A stretch of 64,000 nucleotides of DNA, from contig JBLNBZ010000137.1 in the NCBI GenBank assembly GCA_050260355.1, positions 2,456 through 66,455 on the forward strand. Reading direction: 5' to 3'. The stretch is from Bacteroidota bacterium (GTDB lineage Bacteria > Pseudomonadota > Alphaproteobacteria > Rhizobiales > Hyphomicrobiaceae). Position 1 is the stretch's first letter. Every line of letters begins with the position of its first letter. This document shows, in pieces, positions 45,072 to 55,081 of the stretch. The translations under genes were made by a program, and so were the position numbers. Below the pieces are notes generated by a model. That model ran no database searches and was not told the origin of the DNA. It worked only from the letters and a program-made list of their open reading frames with translations.

Positions 45072-46904
45072 ATGGCGCTGGCGAGGCTCAAGCTCGAACA
45101 GCCGGCAAGGGACGCCTTTTTTCTCGACGTGCAGCGGTCGGCGCGAGGCTTTGCCTGGCGCGAGCGGCTGGATGCCGCCGGCCGTAATTTGGCCTTGGCC
45201 ATTTCGCAGCGGCACGGCTTGCCCGATCTGCTCGGTCGGGTGCTGGCTGCGCGCGGCGTCCGTCTCGAGGATGTCGCCACCGTGCTCGATCCGACCATCA
45301 GAGCGCTCATGCCCGATCCGAGCAGCATCCTCGACATGGACAAGGGCGCGGCCCGCCTCGCACAGGCGATCGTCACGGGGGAGCGGATCGCCATCTTCGG
45401 AGACTATGACGTCGACGGCGCCTGCGCGTCCGCACTGATGCATCGCTTCCTGCAGGCGCACGGATGCAACGCGCGCATCTATATCCCGGATCGCATGCTC
45501 GAAGGCTATGGCCCGAACGCCGCTGCCATCGAAGGGCTGATCAGAGAGGGCGCGCGCCTGATCGTCACCGTCGACTGCGGCACGACCAGCTTCGACGCCC
45601 TAGCGCAGGCACGCTCGCTCGGCGCCGAGACCATCATCGTCGACCATCACCAGGCAGATGAGCGCCTGCCCGACGTGCATGCGGTAATCAATCCCAACCG
45701 GCAGGACGATTTGTCCGGGCTCGGCTATCTCTGCGCGGCCGGCGTCACCTTCATGCTGCTCGTTGCCACCGTGCGCGAGCTGCGGCGCCGCGGCCACTAT
45801 GACACCAACTCGCCGGCCCCCGATTTGCTCGACCTGCTCGATCTTGTCGCGCTGGCGACGGTTGCCGATGTCGTGCCCTTGCAGGGGCTGAACCGGGCCT
45901 ATGTGACGCGCGGCCTACAGATCATGCGCCTGCGCCGCAACATCGGCTTGCGCGCGCTCGTCGACGCGGCCGGCCTGCGCGAGGCGCCGACGCCCTACCA
46001 TCTCGGGTTCGTGCTCGGCCCGCGCATCAACGCCGGTGGCCGCATTGGCGATGCGGGCCTCGGCGCGCGGCTCCTCGCGACCGACGACGAGACCGAGGCG
46101 GCGCGCATCGCGGTGCTGCTCGACAAGCTCAACCGCGAGCGAAAGGCTGTCGAGGCGCAGATGCTCGAGGAAGCCGTCGCGGAAGCCGATCGCCTCGTCG
46201 ATGCCGACCCCGATTTGCCGATTCTGATCGTGGGCTCGGACCGCTGGCACAAGGGCGTGGTGGGCCTCGTCGCCAGCCGGCTGGTGGAGCGGTTCGGCAG
46301 GCCAGCCTGCGTCATCGCGTGGGAGAGCGGCCGCGTCGGCACCGGGTCGCTGCGCTCGGTGTCGGGCGTCGACATCGGCGCCGCCGTGCGCTCAGCCGTC
46401 GCCGAGGGCCTGCTTGTGAAAGGCGGGGGCCATGCCATGGCGGCCGGCTTGACGGTGGCACAGGATCGCTTCGACGTCTTTCGAGAGACTTTGCAGGCCA
46501 TGCTGCGCGAGCCGGCGAGCCTCGCGCGCGCCTTGGTGGCGCTCGACTTCGATGGCGCGCTGACGCCGGCTGGCGTCAACGACGAGCTCATCGATCTGCT
46601 CGAGCGGGCGGGACCCTATGGACAGGGCAATCCGCAGCCGCGCTTCGCCTTCCCGGCGCACCGGGTGAAGTTCGCCAAGGTCGTAGGCGAGACGCATATC
46701 CGCTGCGTGCTCGAGGCGGGCGATGGTGCACGGCTCGACGCCGTGGCCTTCCGCGCCGTGGGCCAGCCCGTGGGCGAGCTGCTGCTGTCGTCGGCCGGTA
46801 TGCCAATCCACGTCGCGGGTATCTTGCGCCGCGATGCCTGGGGCGGGCGCCAACGCATCGAGCTGCAGGTCGACGACGCAGCCGATCCCCGCCAGCGGAG
46901 CTGA
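45072..46904 (+). CDS. recJ: single-stranded-DNA-specific exonuclease RecJ
   Basis: DHH motifs (IFGDYDVDG, VTVDCG, IVDHH) and the DHHA1 GGGHAMAAG. ATG 45072 preferred; TTG 45054 possible. Confidence 0.9.
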   Translation: MALARLKLEQPARDAFFLDVQRSARGFAWRERLDAAGRNLALAISQRHGLPDLLGRVLAARGVRLEDVATVLDPTIRALMPDPSSILDMDKGAARLAQAIVTGERIAIFGDYDVDGACASALMHRFLQAHGCNARIYIPDRMLEGYGPNAAAIEGLIREGARLIVTVDCGTTSFDALAQARSLGAETIIVDHHQADERLPDVHAVINPNRQDDLSGLGYLCAAGVTFMLLVATVRELRRRGHYDTNSPAPDLLDLLDLVALATVADVVPLQGLNRAYVTRGLQIMRLRRNIGLRALVDAAGLREAPTPYHLGFVLGPRINAGGRIGDAGLGARLLATDDETEAARIAVLLDKLNRERKAVEAQMLEEAVAEADRLVDADPDLPILIVGSDRWHKGVVGLVASRLVERFGRPACVIAWESGRVGTGSLRSVSGVDIGAAVRSAVAEGLLVKGGGHAMAAGLTVAQDRFDVFRETLQAMLREPASLARALVALDFDGALTPAGVNDELIDLLERAGPYGQGNPQPRFAFPAHRVKFAKVVGETHIRCVLEAGDGARLDAVAFRAVGQPVGELLLSSAGMPIHVAGILRRDAWGGRQRIELQVDDAADPRQRS

Positions 46905-47057
46905 GCCGCCACGACGCGCCAGCACCAGCGTTGTTTGCGGCAATTCCTCAGCACGCGCTCAGCCGTCTTTGGAGCTGCTGCGGGGGCCTTGGCCGCGCCA
47001 CACACGCCCGTTGGCGAAAGGCCGCGGATCTGGCCGCCGATCCTCCGTTCGCCGTCC

Positions 47058-47086
47058 TTGTCTTGGCCGCCAAAGCCACCTATACG
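47058..47086 (+). promoter_or_regulatory. candidate sigma-70-type promoter for tRNA-Glu
   Basis: TTGTCT - 17 nt - TATACG, ending 11 nt before the mature tRNA 5' end. Motif match only. Confidence 0.3.
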
Positions 47087-47097
47087 GTGCCCCGTGC

Positions 47098-47172
47098 GCT
47101 CCCTTCGTCTATCGGTTAGGACGTCAGATTTTCAATCTGAAAAGACGGGTTCGACTCCCGTAGGGAGCGCCA
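47098..47172 (+). tRNA. tRNA-Glu (anticodon UUC)
   Basis: Folded by hand. Acceptor GCTCCCT/AGGGAGC; D stem GTCT/GGAC; anticodon stem TCAGA/TCTGA with loop TTTTCAA (TTC); T arm ACGGG-TTCGACT-CCCGT; discriminator G and encoded CCA. Confidence 0.9.
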
Positions 47173-47349
47173 AGAGATCTCGCGCGGATTTCTTCGGGCT
47201 TGACCGGTCGGCTGACCGGGCTCAGAGCGTCTTGCAAGATCGCGACGTTGCGAGGGCTTGGAGGTTCCCCGGGGCAGGTTCCTTCAGAAGTAGCGTGTCC
47301 GCCGCGAGTTCCTCCGCCGTCCTACCGATCCTGGCACTTCGACCGCGAC

Positions 47350-47583
47350 TTACGCTGGCCTCCGACGCACGCCGGCAGTCGTCGTCGTGTTTCGATGCGC
47401 CGACGCAACGTTGATGCCCATGGACCGCATGGGCCGAAGGCCGAGGGTGTGCTCCCGAGAAATTTCGATGTGCTGTGCCAGCCGCTCGGCCGCCAACGCT
47501 GCATCGCCCATGCGACAGGCATCCAGAATCTGCAGATGCTCCTGGGCAGCGAGATCGAGTCGCTGGAAGGGTTCGCCGATGCC
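47350..47583 (-). pseudogene. GntR/FadR-family regulator, C-terminal FCD fragment only
   Basis: The minus-strand frame reads GIGEPFQRLDLAAQEHLQILDACRMGDAALAAERLAQHIEISREHTL...* (stop 47352..47350). An in-frame TGA sits immediately upstream at 47586..47584. No wHTH domain is present. Confidence 0.6.
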
Positions 47584-47612
47584 TCAGCAACGGCCGCATT
47601 GGTACCGACCTC

Positions 47613-48401
47613 ATGCCATACATGGTGCACGAGGGCCTCAAGCGGCAATTTCCCGCGCTCGCCATTTCGGATGCGGGAGAAATCTGGTCGAGCCTTACGG
47701 CTATCAAGCATCCTAAAGAGGTCGAGCTGATACGCGAGGCCGTTCGGGTCGCCGACTCTGGAATGGCCGCTGCGATTGCGGCGGTCCGGCCCGGCATCAG
47801 CGAGCATGAAGTCTCGGCCGAAGCGATCTACGCCATGCGCAAGAACGGCTCGGAGTTCGAGCCGTTCATCCCGTTGGTGGCGTCCGGATACAACACGTCG
47901 ATGTTCGAGCGCGTGGCCACGGAGAAGACGATCGCGCCGGGCGAGCTCGTCATCCTCGACATCGGTGCGGTCGTCCGGGGTTACACGGGTGACCTCGGAA
48001 GAACCGTGATCTGCGGTGAACCCTCGGCGGAGCAAAAAGCCATCTACAAAGCGACGCACTTGGCGCTGCAGGAAGCGCAGAAAATCATCAAGCCCGGTGT
48101 CACGTGTCATGAGATCGATAAGCGCGCACGCGACGTGATCGAGGACTCGGGCTGGGGCCGATATCTTTACAAGGGAAACACAGGCCATCAGCTCGGCTAC
48201 GGCCTCCACGGCGAGCCGCTCATTCATAAGAACATCGGGTTCCAGATCGTCGAGAACATGGTCGTTTGCCTGGAGCCGCGGATTGTCTTGCCGGACAGTC
48301 CGGACATAGGCGGCGCACATCTGGAGAACGTCATTCTCGTAACGTCCGACGGCTTCGAGCAGATCAATCGGTCACCATATGATGAACGATTGCTCGCGTG
48401 A
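47613..48401 (+). pseudogene. M24-family Xaa-Pro peptidase/creatinase-like, 5'-truncated (catalytic domain only)
   Basis: LTAIKHPKEVELIREA...LDIGAVVRGYTGDLGRT...GHQLGYGLHGEP...CLEP...LENVILVT is the pita-bread domain. The usual ~130-aa N-domain is missing; similarity starts at about 47595, abutting the gntR remnant. A shortened product from ATG 47613 cannot be excluded. Confidence 0.55.
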
Positions 48402-48458
48402 TCCGCGCTCGAGATGCGCGTCTAGGTGAGGGAACGAGAAGGTCGAGGGGAGTCGATT

Positions 48459-49243
48459 ATGATTTCTGTGAGGACGGCGTTCGCTGCCGCCTGCGTCGTG
48501 ATGATGGCCGGACCGCAAGTGGCTTTAGCGCAAGCGCCGAAAAAGGTGGCATCCTGCGTTTTGCAGTCGTCGCAGAGCCGCCGAGCATCGACTGCCACGC
48601 AGTCATTGCCTTTGCTTTCACCCATCCCGCTCGCGCCCACTATTCGACCTTGCTGAAGTACGAAGGCTCGTATGCGGATCTGAGGATCGTTGGAGACCTG
48701 GCAAAGTCCTGGGAGGTCGCCAAGGATGGGCTCACCTACACGTTCAAGCTGCACGACAACGTGAAGTTTCACGACGGCGCGCCGATGACATCGGAGGATG
48801 TCAAGGCGAGCTATGAGCGGATTATCAACCCGCCGCCGGGCGTGGTGTCGCTGCGGCAGGCCCAGTACCAGGATATCAAAGAGATCGAGACGCCGGACGC
48901 GACCACGGTCGTATTCAAAATGAAGTATCCCAATGCGTCGATGCTGACGCATTTTGCTTCACCTTGGAACTGCATCTACCGGGCGGAAAAGCTCAAGCAG
49001 GATCCCAAGTTTCCCGAGAAGACCATCATTGGAACCGGTGCGTTCGAGTTCGTCGAGTACAAGAAGGGAGAGTCCTGGACCGCCAAACGCTTCAACGACT
49101 ACTTCATAAAGGATCGGCCGTACCTCGACGGCTATAAAGCCGACTTCGTCAAAGGGAACGCGGTGGCTCCAGGCATGATCGGCGGTCAGTTCGACGCCGA
49201 GTTCCGCGGCCGGACGCCGAAGGAGCCGGCCATCATCTCATAG
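48459..49243 (+). pseudogene. family-5 (Dpp/Opp-type) ABC substrate-binding protein, frameshifted and 3'-truncated
   Basis: The signal peptide MISVRTAFAAACVVMMAGPQVALAQAPKK is in one frame and the mature part GGILRFAVVAEPP...DLAKSWEV..DGLTYTFKLHDNVKFHDG in the next. The switch is at the A5 run 48540-48544. The ORF stops after about 260 aa, whereas the family is usually >500 aa. Confidence 0.7.
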
Positions 49244-49462
49244 AAGCCTTTCCAATAACGGGAATGTGCGCGTTCTTGAATTCTCCGAACCTTCTGAAGC
49301 TCGCGGCGGCTCATAGATAGTCAGTGTTCGTCCAACACTGGAGCCACCCATGCCCCGTATTCCCACCCCCACTGAATGGCTGGCCACGTGCCCGTCTTCA
49401 CGCGTGATGCGGTGAGAGTGTCTTTTTCCCGGATAACTCGGGGGTCGCGCGGAGCTATCGCC

Positions 49463-49735
49463 ATGATCAGAAAAGTCCTGCTGCTCGTTGTACTGGTGTC
49501 GAGTGCATCGTTTACACTGGGCCTTCAGGGCGCAAGTGCCCGGGAAAACCCGGCGGAGATCATCGCGCCGCATGTTCGAACGCAAGGATACACGTGCATC
49601 AATGCCAAGAGCGCACATCACGTGCCGGAGATGTCGCGGCCGCATGAGCAGGTTTGGATATTGCATTGCGATAATGCGTCCTACCTGGTCCGCCTCATTC
49701 CTGACCTGGCAGCGCACGTGGAGCGGCTGGGCTAA
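49463..49735 (+). CDS. small secreted protein (90 aa)
   Basis: Signal peptide MIRKVLLLVVLVSSASFTLGLQGASA; the mature part has two Cys (YTCINAK...WILHCDN). AT-richer surroundings. Confidence 0.55.
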   Translation: MIRKVLLLVVLVSSASFTLGLQGASARENPAEIIAPHVRTQGYTCINAKSAHHVPEMSRPHEQVWILHCDNASYLVRLIPDLAAHVERLG

Positions 49736-49762
49736 AGCCAGACACGCGACTGGGTTAGCGAC

Positions 49763-51152
49763 CTATTGTGGACGCCGAAGCGGCACGTTTGCGAACAGAG
49801 GGCCGAGCCCCTCCGCCATTGTCGGATGCGCCAAGATGGCATCTCGCAGGCCAGTGTAGGGCAGGCCCGCCAGCATCGCGGTCTGCACAGTTGCGACGAC
49901 CTCGCCAGCCTCGGCGCCGATCATCGCGAAGCCGAGAATGCGATCGTCGCCCGCGGCGACAAGCGCCTTCATGAAGCCCGCGCTCTCCCCAGTCGTTCGC
50001 GTCCGCAGCACGGCGCTCGCCGGCAGCTTTGCGACGCGCACCTTGATGCCTTGGCATTGCGCTTCGCTTTCGCTCAGACCCACGCGCGCAAGTTGCGGAT
50101 CGGTGAACATGCAGTATGGAACGAGCCGGTCGCGCGTGGTGTGATTTGTTCCGGCCAGATTATCCCGAATGATGCGAAAGTCGTCGACCGACACGTGCGT
50201 GAATTGCGGGCTGCCCGCACACTCCCCGATCGCCCAGACCTCGGGCGCACTTGTCTCGAGCCGCTCGTTGACCTTGATGTAGCCGCGACCGTCTAGCTCG
50301 ATCCCGGCCTTCTCGAGCCCAATTCCAGCGGTATTCGGAACACGCCCGGCGGCGACCAGAATGTCGCTGGCCTCGAGTCTCCGCTCACCGGCGGACCTGC
50401 GCACAAGCAAATTGACTTCCTCTCCGGAGCAGCCTTGTACACTGAACGCTTCAGTGGACGACAAAACCTGGATGCCTTCGTCGCCGAGAATCCGCTGCAT
50501 CTCGGTGGCAAGGTCGGGATCCTCGCGGGCCATGAGCTGGGGCCCGGGCTCTATGACCGTCACACGGCTGCCAAAACGGCGGTAAGCCTGGGCCAATTCG
50601 AGACCAACATAGCCGCCGCCGAGCACGATCAGGTGTGCTGGCAGACGGTCGAGCTCCAAGGCCTCGATGTTGGTCATTGGCCTAGCAGCCTCGAGGCCAG
50701 GAACGCTCGGTATTGCCGCGTGCGTTCCGATATTGAGGAAAACCTGGTCGGCCGCCAGCACGCGCGTTCCGCCCTCATTCAACCGCACCTCGATCGTTTT
50801 CGGCGCCATGAAACGCCCGCTTCCCATGACCAACTCGGCGCCGCTCGACTTGTACCGTTCCAGGTGCATAGCGCGCAGGCCTTCGACCATGTCGCGCTTG
50901 CGCCGCCGGACCTTTGCCATATCGATTGTGACTGGGCCGGTGATCGTGCCGAATGTCGCGGCGCGATGGGCGAGATCCGCTACTTTCGCGCTCCAGATCT
51001 CGTTCTTGCTAGATATTGGGACAGGAGCCGCCAACCCAGCGGCGTTCCACCACGGCAGTGCGTCGACCGGACTCCGCCATGTGCCAGGCCAGATAATTGC
51101 CGCCCGTCCCACTGCCGAGGACAAGCGCGTCAAACCGCTCCGCTTCGGGCAT
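49763..51152 (-). pseudogene. FAD-dependent pyridine nucleotide-disulfide oxidoreductase (mercuric-reductase/dihydrolipoamide-dehydrogenase family), frameshifted
   Basis: The N-terminus MPEAERFDALVLGSGTGGNYLA...VVERRWVGGSCPNI* ends at a TAG (51011..51009). The rest, SSKNEIWSAKVA... to the C-terminus, continues in another frame. The expected second Cys of the CxxxxC redox motif is absent. Confidence 0.7.
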
Positions 51153-51412
51153 GGCCAGCTCCGTGGATTGGTCGACGAAAGACGCAACCCTTGAGTAAAA
51201 TCGAGCCCAGAACAATCGAACGGCGCGAAGGTTCCCGGGCGATTGGCCGCACAAGAGGGGGCAGCTTGTGATCTCGGCGTTGAAGCGGGATCGGCTCGTC
51301 GTCCCTACGTTTCAGTGCGGTGCTTTCGATACTTGGCGGGATAATGAGCGGCGTTTTCTGCATCACGCATTTAAGTGATTGTAGGCAGCCGCCCCGCCTA
51401 CGAGCAGGATCC

Positions 51413-52423
51413 TCAAATCAAAGTTCGCCGAAAGCAGATTGGGGTCCAGCCGGAAAATCGGCGGAACGCCCGCGTGAACGAGCTCGTATCACTGAAGCCC
51501 AGTTCCAAAGCAATGCTCGTGACGGACAAGCCTGGTCGCGAGAGCATTATTTTGGCGCGCTCGATCCGGCGGCTTATTTGATAGCGGTGTGGCGGCATGC
51601 CGAACGATTGTTTGAAAGCGCGCGCGAAATGATAGGGGCTCAGCTGAGCGAGGCGGGCCAGTTCTGCCAGCGAGACTTGGTCTGCCAAATGCTCCTCGAG
51701 GTATTGCGCAATAATGCGGCGCTGCCAGCCGGCTAGGCCGCCCCGCTCCGTCGTCGGCGCGCGCGTTCCTCTGCCAAGACGCAGCACTTCATGAGCCAGG
51801 ACAACGGCCAGGGATTCGGCATAAAGCCGGCAAGTCGTCTCGCCGGCTTCGATCAGCGCAGTAATCTTGAGCGAGGTGTGACGCAGAACGGGACAATCGA
51901 AGAAAAGCCGCGGCTCGAGGTCGACCGCCGCCGCGCCATCACAATCCATCAAATGGTGCGGATCGATCTGGATATAAGTGGCCCGGGTCAAGACGCACGG
52001 CTCTTGTGTTTCCCGAAAGCGATGGCCTGCCGGCACGAAAGTAAGCTTTCGGCTGAAGTCATGCAGCGTGGATCTCGGCACGCCTTCGAGCAGGCTCTCG
52101 CCCTTGCTTCGCACCGCGTGCTCGTAGTCAATCAACAAATGGTGCGAGCCGCAGAATTCGCTTTGAAAGGGCTCACGCCGGATCAATCGCACGACCTCGC
52201 CCCTCAAGCCACACCACGTTCCGGCTTCCCGCTTGGTGAGCCCAGGCGGATCAAAACGAACATCGCCGAAGGGGCGATCCGCATGGTACCGGGTATTGTC
52301 GGCCCCGCGGGCATGATCAATTGTCCCGCCCCGCGGGCTCGTCGTGGCTGGAGGAGGACTGCGATCGGCGGTTCTTGCACGCAAGGAACGAGTTGCCGTG
52401 GCCGGCATCGCTGAGCTGCTCAT
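51413..52423 (-). CDS. AraC-family transcriptional regulator
   Basis: C-terminal dual HTH: LAELARLAQLSPYHFARAFKQSFGMPPHRY...IALELGFSDTSSFTRAFRRFSGWTP. The exact start is uncertain. Confidence 0.85.
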   Translation of the reverse strand: MSSSAMPATATRSLRARTADRSPPPATTSPRGGTIDHARGADNTRYHADRPFGDVRFDPPGLTKREAGTWCGLRGEVVRLIRREPFQSEFCGSHHLLIDYEHAVRSKGESLLEGVPRSTLHDFSRKLTFVPAGHRFRETQEPCVLTRATYIQIDPHHLMDCDGAAAVDLEPRLFFDCPVLRHTSLKITALIEAGETTCRLYAESLAVVLAHEVLRLGRGTRAPTTERGGLAGWQRRIIAQYLEEHLADQVSLAELARLAQLSPYHFARAFKQSFGMPPHRYQISRRIERAKIMLSRPGLSVTSIALELGFSDTSSFTRAFRRFSGWTPICFRRTLI

Positions 52424-52866
52424 TATGCGGTCATCATCTGCATGAGGGCGACATAAAACGAGGCGAAGCCAGAAGGGTTGCTCGAGCGTGCGGCGACCTG
52501 GTTAATCTGTGACCCCGCTGGGCTGCCTGCAGGGGACCGCGGCGTCCACAAGCCGATCGCCAGATGGCTCGCAGGGAACCATCCGACAAGGGTGGGTCCA
52601 CCTAGTGATCAGGGGATATCGTGCGCCGCACGGGCAGGCACAAGCGCCTGGGACGGCGAATGTGTCCTTGGGGTCGGTCAAAACATCGCGCGGCGTGCGT
52701 GAAATCCGCGCTCGATGATCCTGCGACAGCTCAAGCCGATATAGGCAGGGTGCGCAGCAATATGCGCCCATTCGCGCAAAGCACCGGCAAGACGGAGCCG
52801 AACCGATCTGCGATGGTCGCGCCTTAAACAAGCCGAAAGCCTAGCCAATCTCGTTCGGGAGCCCAT

Positions 52867-54966
52867 GTGAACGATATGGCGGATCTCGATCAGCTCAGCA
52901 TCAACACCATACGCACACTTGCGATCGATGCCATTCAGAAGGCGAACTCCGGTCATCCCGGCACGCCGATGGGCATGGCCCCCACGGCCTACACCCTTTG
53001 GCAGAAGCAGCTGCGGTTCGACCCCCGCGACCCGATCTGGCCCGATCGCGACCGCTTCGTGCTTTCGTGCGGCCATGCCTCGATGCTGCTTTATGCCCTC
53101 CTGCATCTGACCGGCGTGCGCGCCGTGGATGCGAAATACGAGCAGCTCGATCAGCCGTCGGTCACGCTCGATGACATCAAGACCTTCCGTCAGCTCGGCA
53201 GCAAGTGCCCGGGTCACCCGGAGTACCACCTGACCTCTGGCATTGAGGCCACAACCGGCCCGCTCGGCCAGGGCGTCGCTATGAGCGTCGGGATGGCCAT
53301 TGCCCGCGAGTGGCTCGCGCAGCATTTCAATCGCCCGGGCTATCCAATCTTCGACTACAACGTCTACGCACTTTGTGGCGACGGCTGCATGATGGAAGGC
53401 ATTTCCGGCGAAGCGGCTTCGCTCGCAGGCCATCTCAAGCTGGAGCATCTCTGCTGGATCTACGATAGCAATCGCGTGTCGATCGAGGGCTCGACACGGC
53501 TCGCTTTCACCGAGGACGTGGGTGCGCGTTTCCTGGCCTACGGCTGGTACGTCATCCGCGTTCGTGACGCAAACAACACGACCGAGATTGGCGAGGCGCT
53601 GACTCGGTCTCGTGAAACCAGGGGCCAGCCGACGCTCATCATAATAGAGAGCCACATCGGCTACGGCGCCCCCCATAAGCAAGACACCGCAGCAGCGCAT
53701 GGAGAACCGCTCGGTGCGGACGAGGTTCGCCTCGTCAAGCGGGCCTACGGCTGGCCCGAGGACGCGCAATTCCTCGTCCCGGACGGGGTCTATGACAACT
53801 TCCGAAAGGGCATCGGCGAGCGCGGCTCGCGACTGCGGGCCGATTGGGAGGCCATGCTCGCGCGCTACCGGCAGGACCATCCCGAACTCGCTGAAGCGCT
53901 TGAGCAGATGCAGCGCCGTGAGCTGCCCAAGGGGTGGGACACGGACATCCCGACCTTTCCCGCAGATGCCAAGGGTATCGCCAGCCGTAACAGCTCGGCC
54001 AAGGTCGAGAATGCGATCGCGGCCAACCTGCCTTGGCTGATTGGTGGTTCAGCCGACCTTGCCCCTTCGACGAAGACGCTTCTGACACTCGAGGGCAGCG
54101 GCCACTTCGAGCCGGAGAGCTACGGCGGGCGGAACTTTCACTTCGGAGTTCGCGAGCATGCTATGGGCGCGGTGTGCAATGGCATGGTGCTGTCCAAGAT
54201 CCGCGCCTTCGGCTCGGGCTTCCTGATCTTTTCCGACTACATGCGCGCCGCGATCCGGCTGTCGGCGATCATGGAAGTCCCGGTCATCTACATTTTCACC
54301 CACGACTCCATTGGCGTCGGGGAGGACGGCCCGACGCATCAGCCGGTTGAGCAACTTGCCTCGCTTAGAGCGATCCCCGGTCTGCTCACGTTGCGCCCTT
54401 GCGATGCGAACGAAGTGGCGGAAGCCTGGCGCGTGGTGATGGCCCTCAAGCATCAGCCGGCCTGTCTCGTGCTGTCGCGGCAGGCGCTGCCCACGCTCGA
54501 CCGCAGCCGATTTGCCCCCGCGAGCGGCGTTGCTCGTGGCGCGTACGTTTTGGCGGATCCCCCCCAGGGCAAGCCGGACGTCATCCTGATCGGCACCGGC
54601 AGCGAGGTCAGTCTCTGCCTCGGCGCGGCGGATGAGCTTGCGGCCGACGGCATCAGGGCGCGCGTCGTCTCGATGCCGAGCTGGGAGTTGTTCGAGATGC
54701 AGGACGCCGCCTATCGCGCTGAGGTTCTGCCCCCAGAGATCACGGCTCGCGTCTCGGTCGAGCAGGCAGCCACGATCGGCTGGGAGCGCTACGTCGGCAT
54801 GCGTGGCGCCAAGATCGGCATGCACACGTTCGGTGCCTCCGCGCCGCTCAAGGCGTTACAGACCAAATTTGGTTTCACGCCCGATCGGGTGGCCGCGGCC
54901 GCCCGGGACCAGGTCGTGCAAGCGCGGCGCGCGAGGGCCGTCGCGCCCGCGGAGAATGCCTCGTGA
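52867..54966 (+). CDS. tkt: transketolase
   Basis: IRTLAIDAIQKANSGHPGTPMG, GDGCMMEG and THDSIGVGEDGPTHQP motifs. GTG 52867, or ATG 52876. Confidence 0.9.
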   Translation: MNDMADLDQLSINTIRTLAIDAIQKANSGHPGTPMGMAPTAYTLWQKQLRFDPRDPIWPDRDRFVLSCGHASMLLYALLHLTGVRAVDAKYEQLDQPSVTLDDIKTFRQLGSKCPGHPEYHLTSGIEATTGPLGQGVAMSVGMAIAREWLAQHFNRPGYPIFDYNVYALCGDGCMMEGISGEAASLAGHLKLEHLCWIYDSNRVSIEGSTRLAFTEDVGARFLAYGWYVIRVRDANNTTEIGEALTRSRETRGQPTLIIIESHIGYGAPHKQDTAAAHGEPLGADEVRLVKRAYGWPEDAQFLVPDGVYDNFRKGIGERGSRLRADWEAMLARYRQDHPELAEALEQMQRRELPKGWDTDIPTFPADAKGIASRNSSAKVENAIAANLPWLIGGSADLAPSTKTLLTLEGSGHFEPESYGGRNFHFGVREHAMGAVCNGMVLSKIRAFGSGFLIFSDYMRAAIRLSAIMEVPVIYIFTHDSIGVGEDGPTHQPVEQLASLRAIPGLLTLRPCDANEVAEAWRVVMALKHQPACLVLSRQALPTLDRSRFAPASGVARGAYVLADPPQGKPDVILIGTGSEVSLCLGAADELAADGIRARVVSMPSWELFEMQDAAYRAEVLPPEITARVSVEQAATIGWERYVGMRGAKIGMHTFGASAPLKALQTKFGFTPDRVAAAARDQVVQARRARAVAPAENAS

Positions 54967-55081
54967 CAGGGCGTCGGATGTCGATGCGGCCCCGCCCGAC
55001 GCTGCTCTCGCGTGAACCCCTCGGGGCGCCGCCGGTTGCGGTGGCCGGCGGACTGGCCGGCGCGGCCAAGGAGACACGAGG

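Noticed and set aside
47173-52866. Direct repeat of the tRNA-Glu 3' end, or an integrase gene, that would delimit a classic island
   Set aside because: Reading through the region I found neither, so the island interpretation stays an inference from gene decay and composition only.
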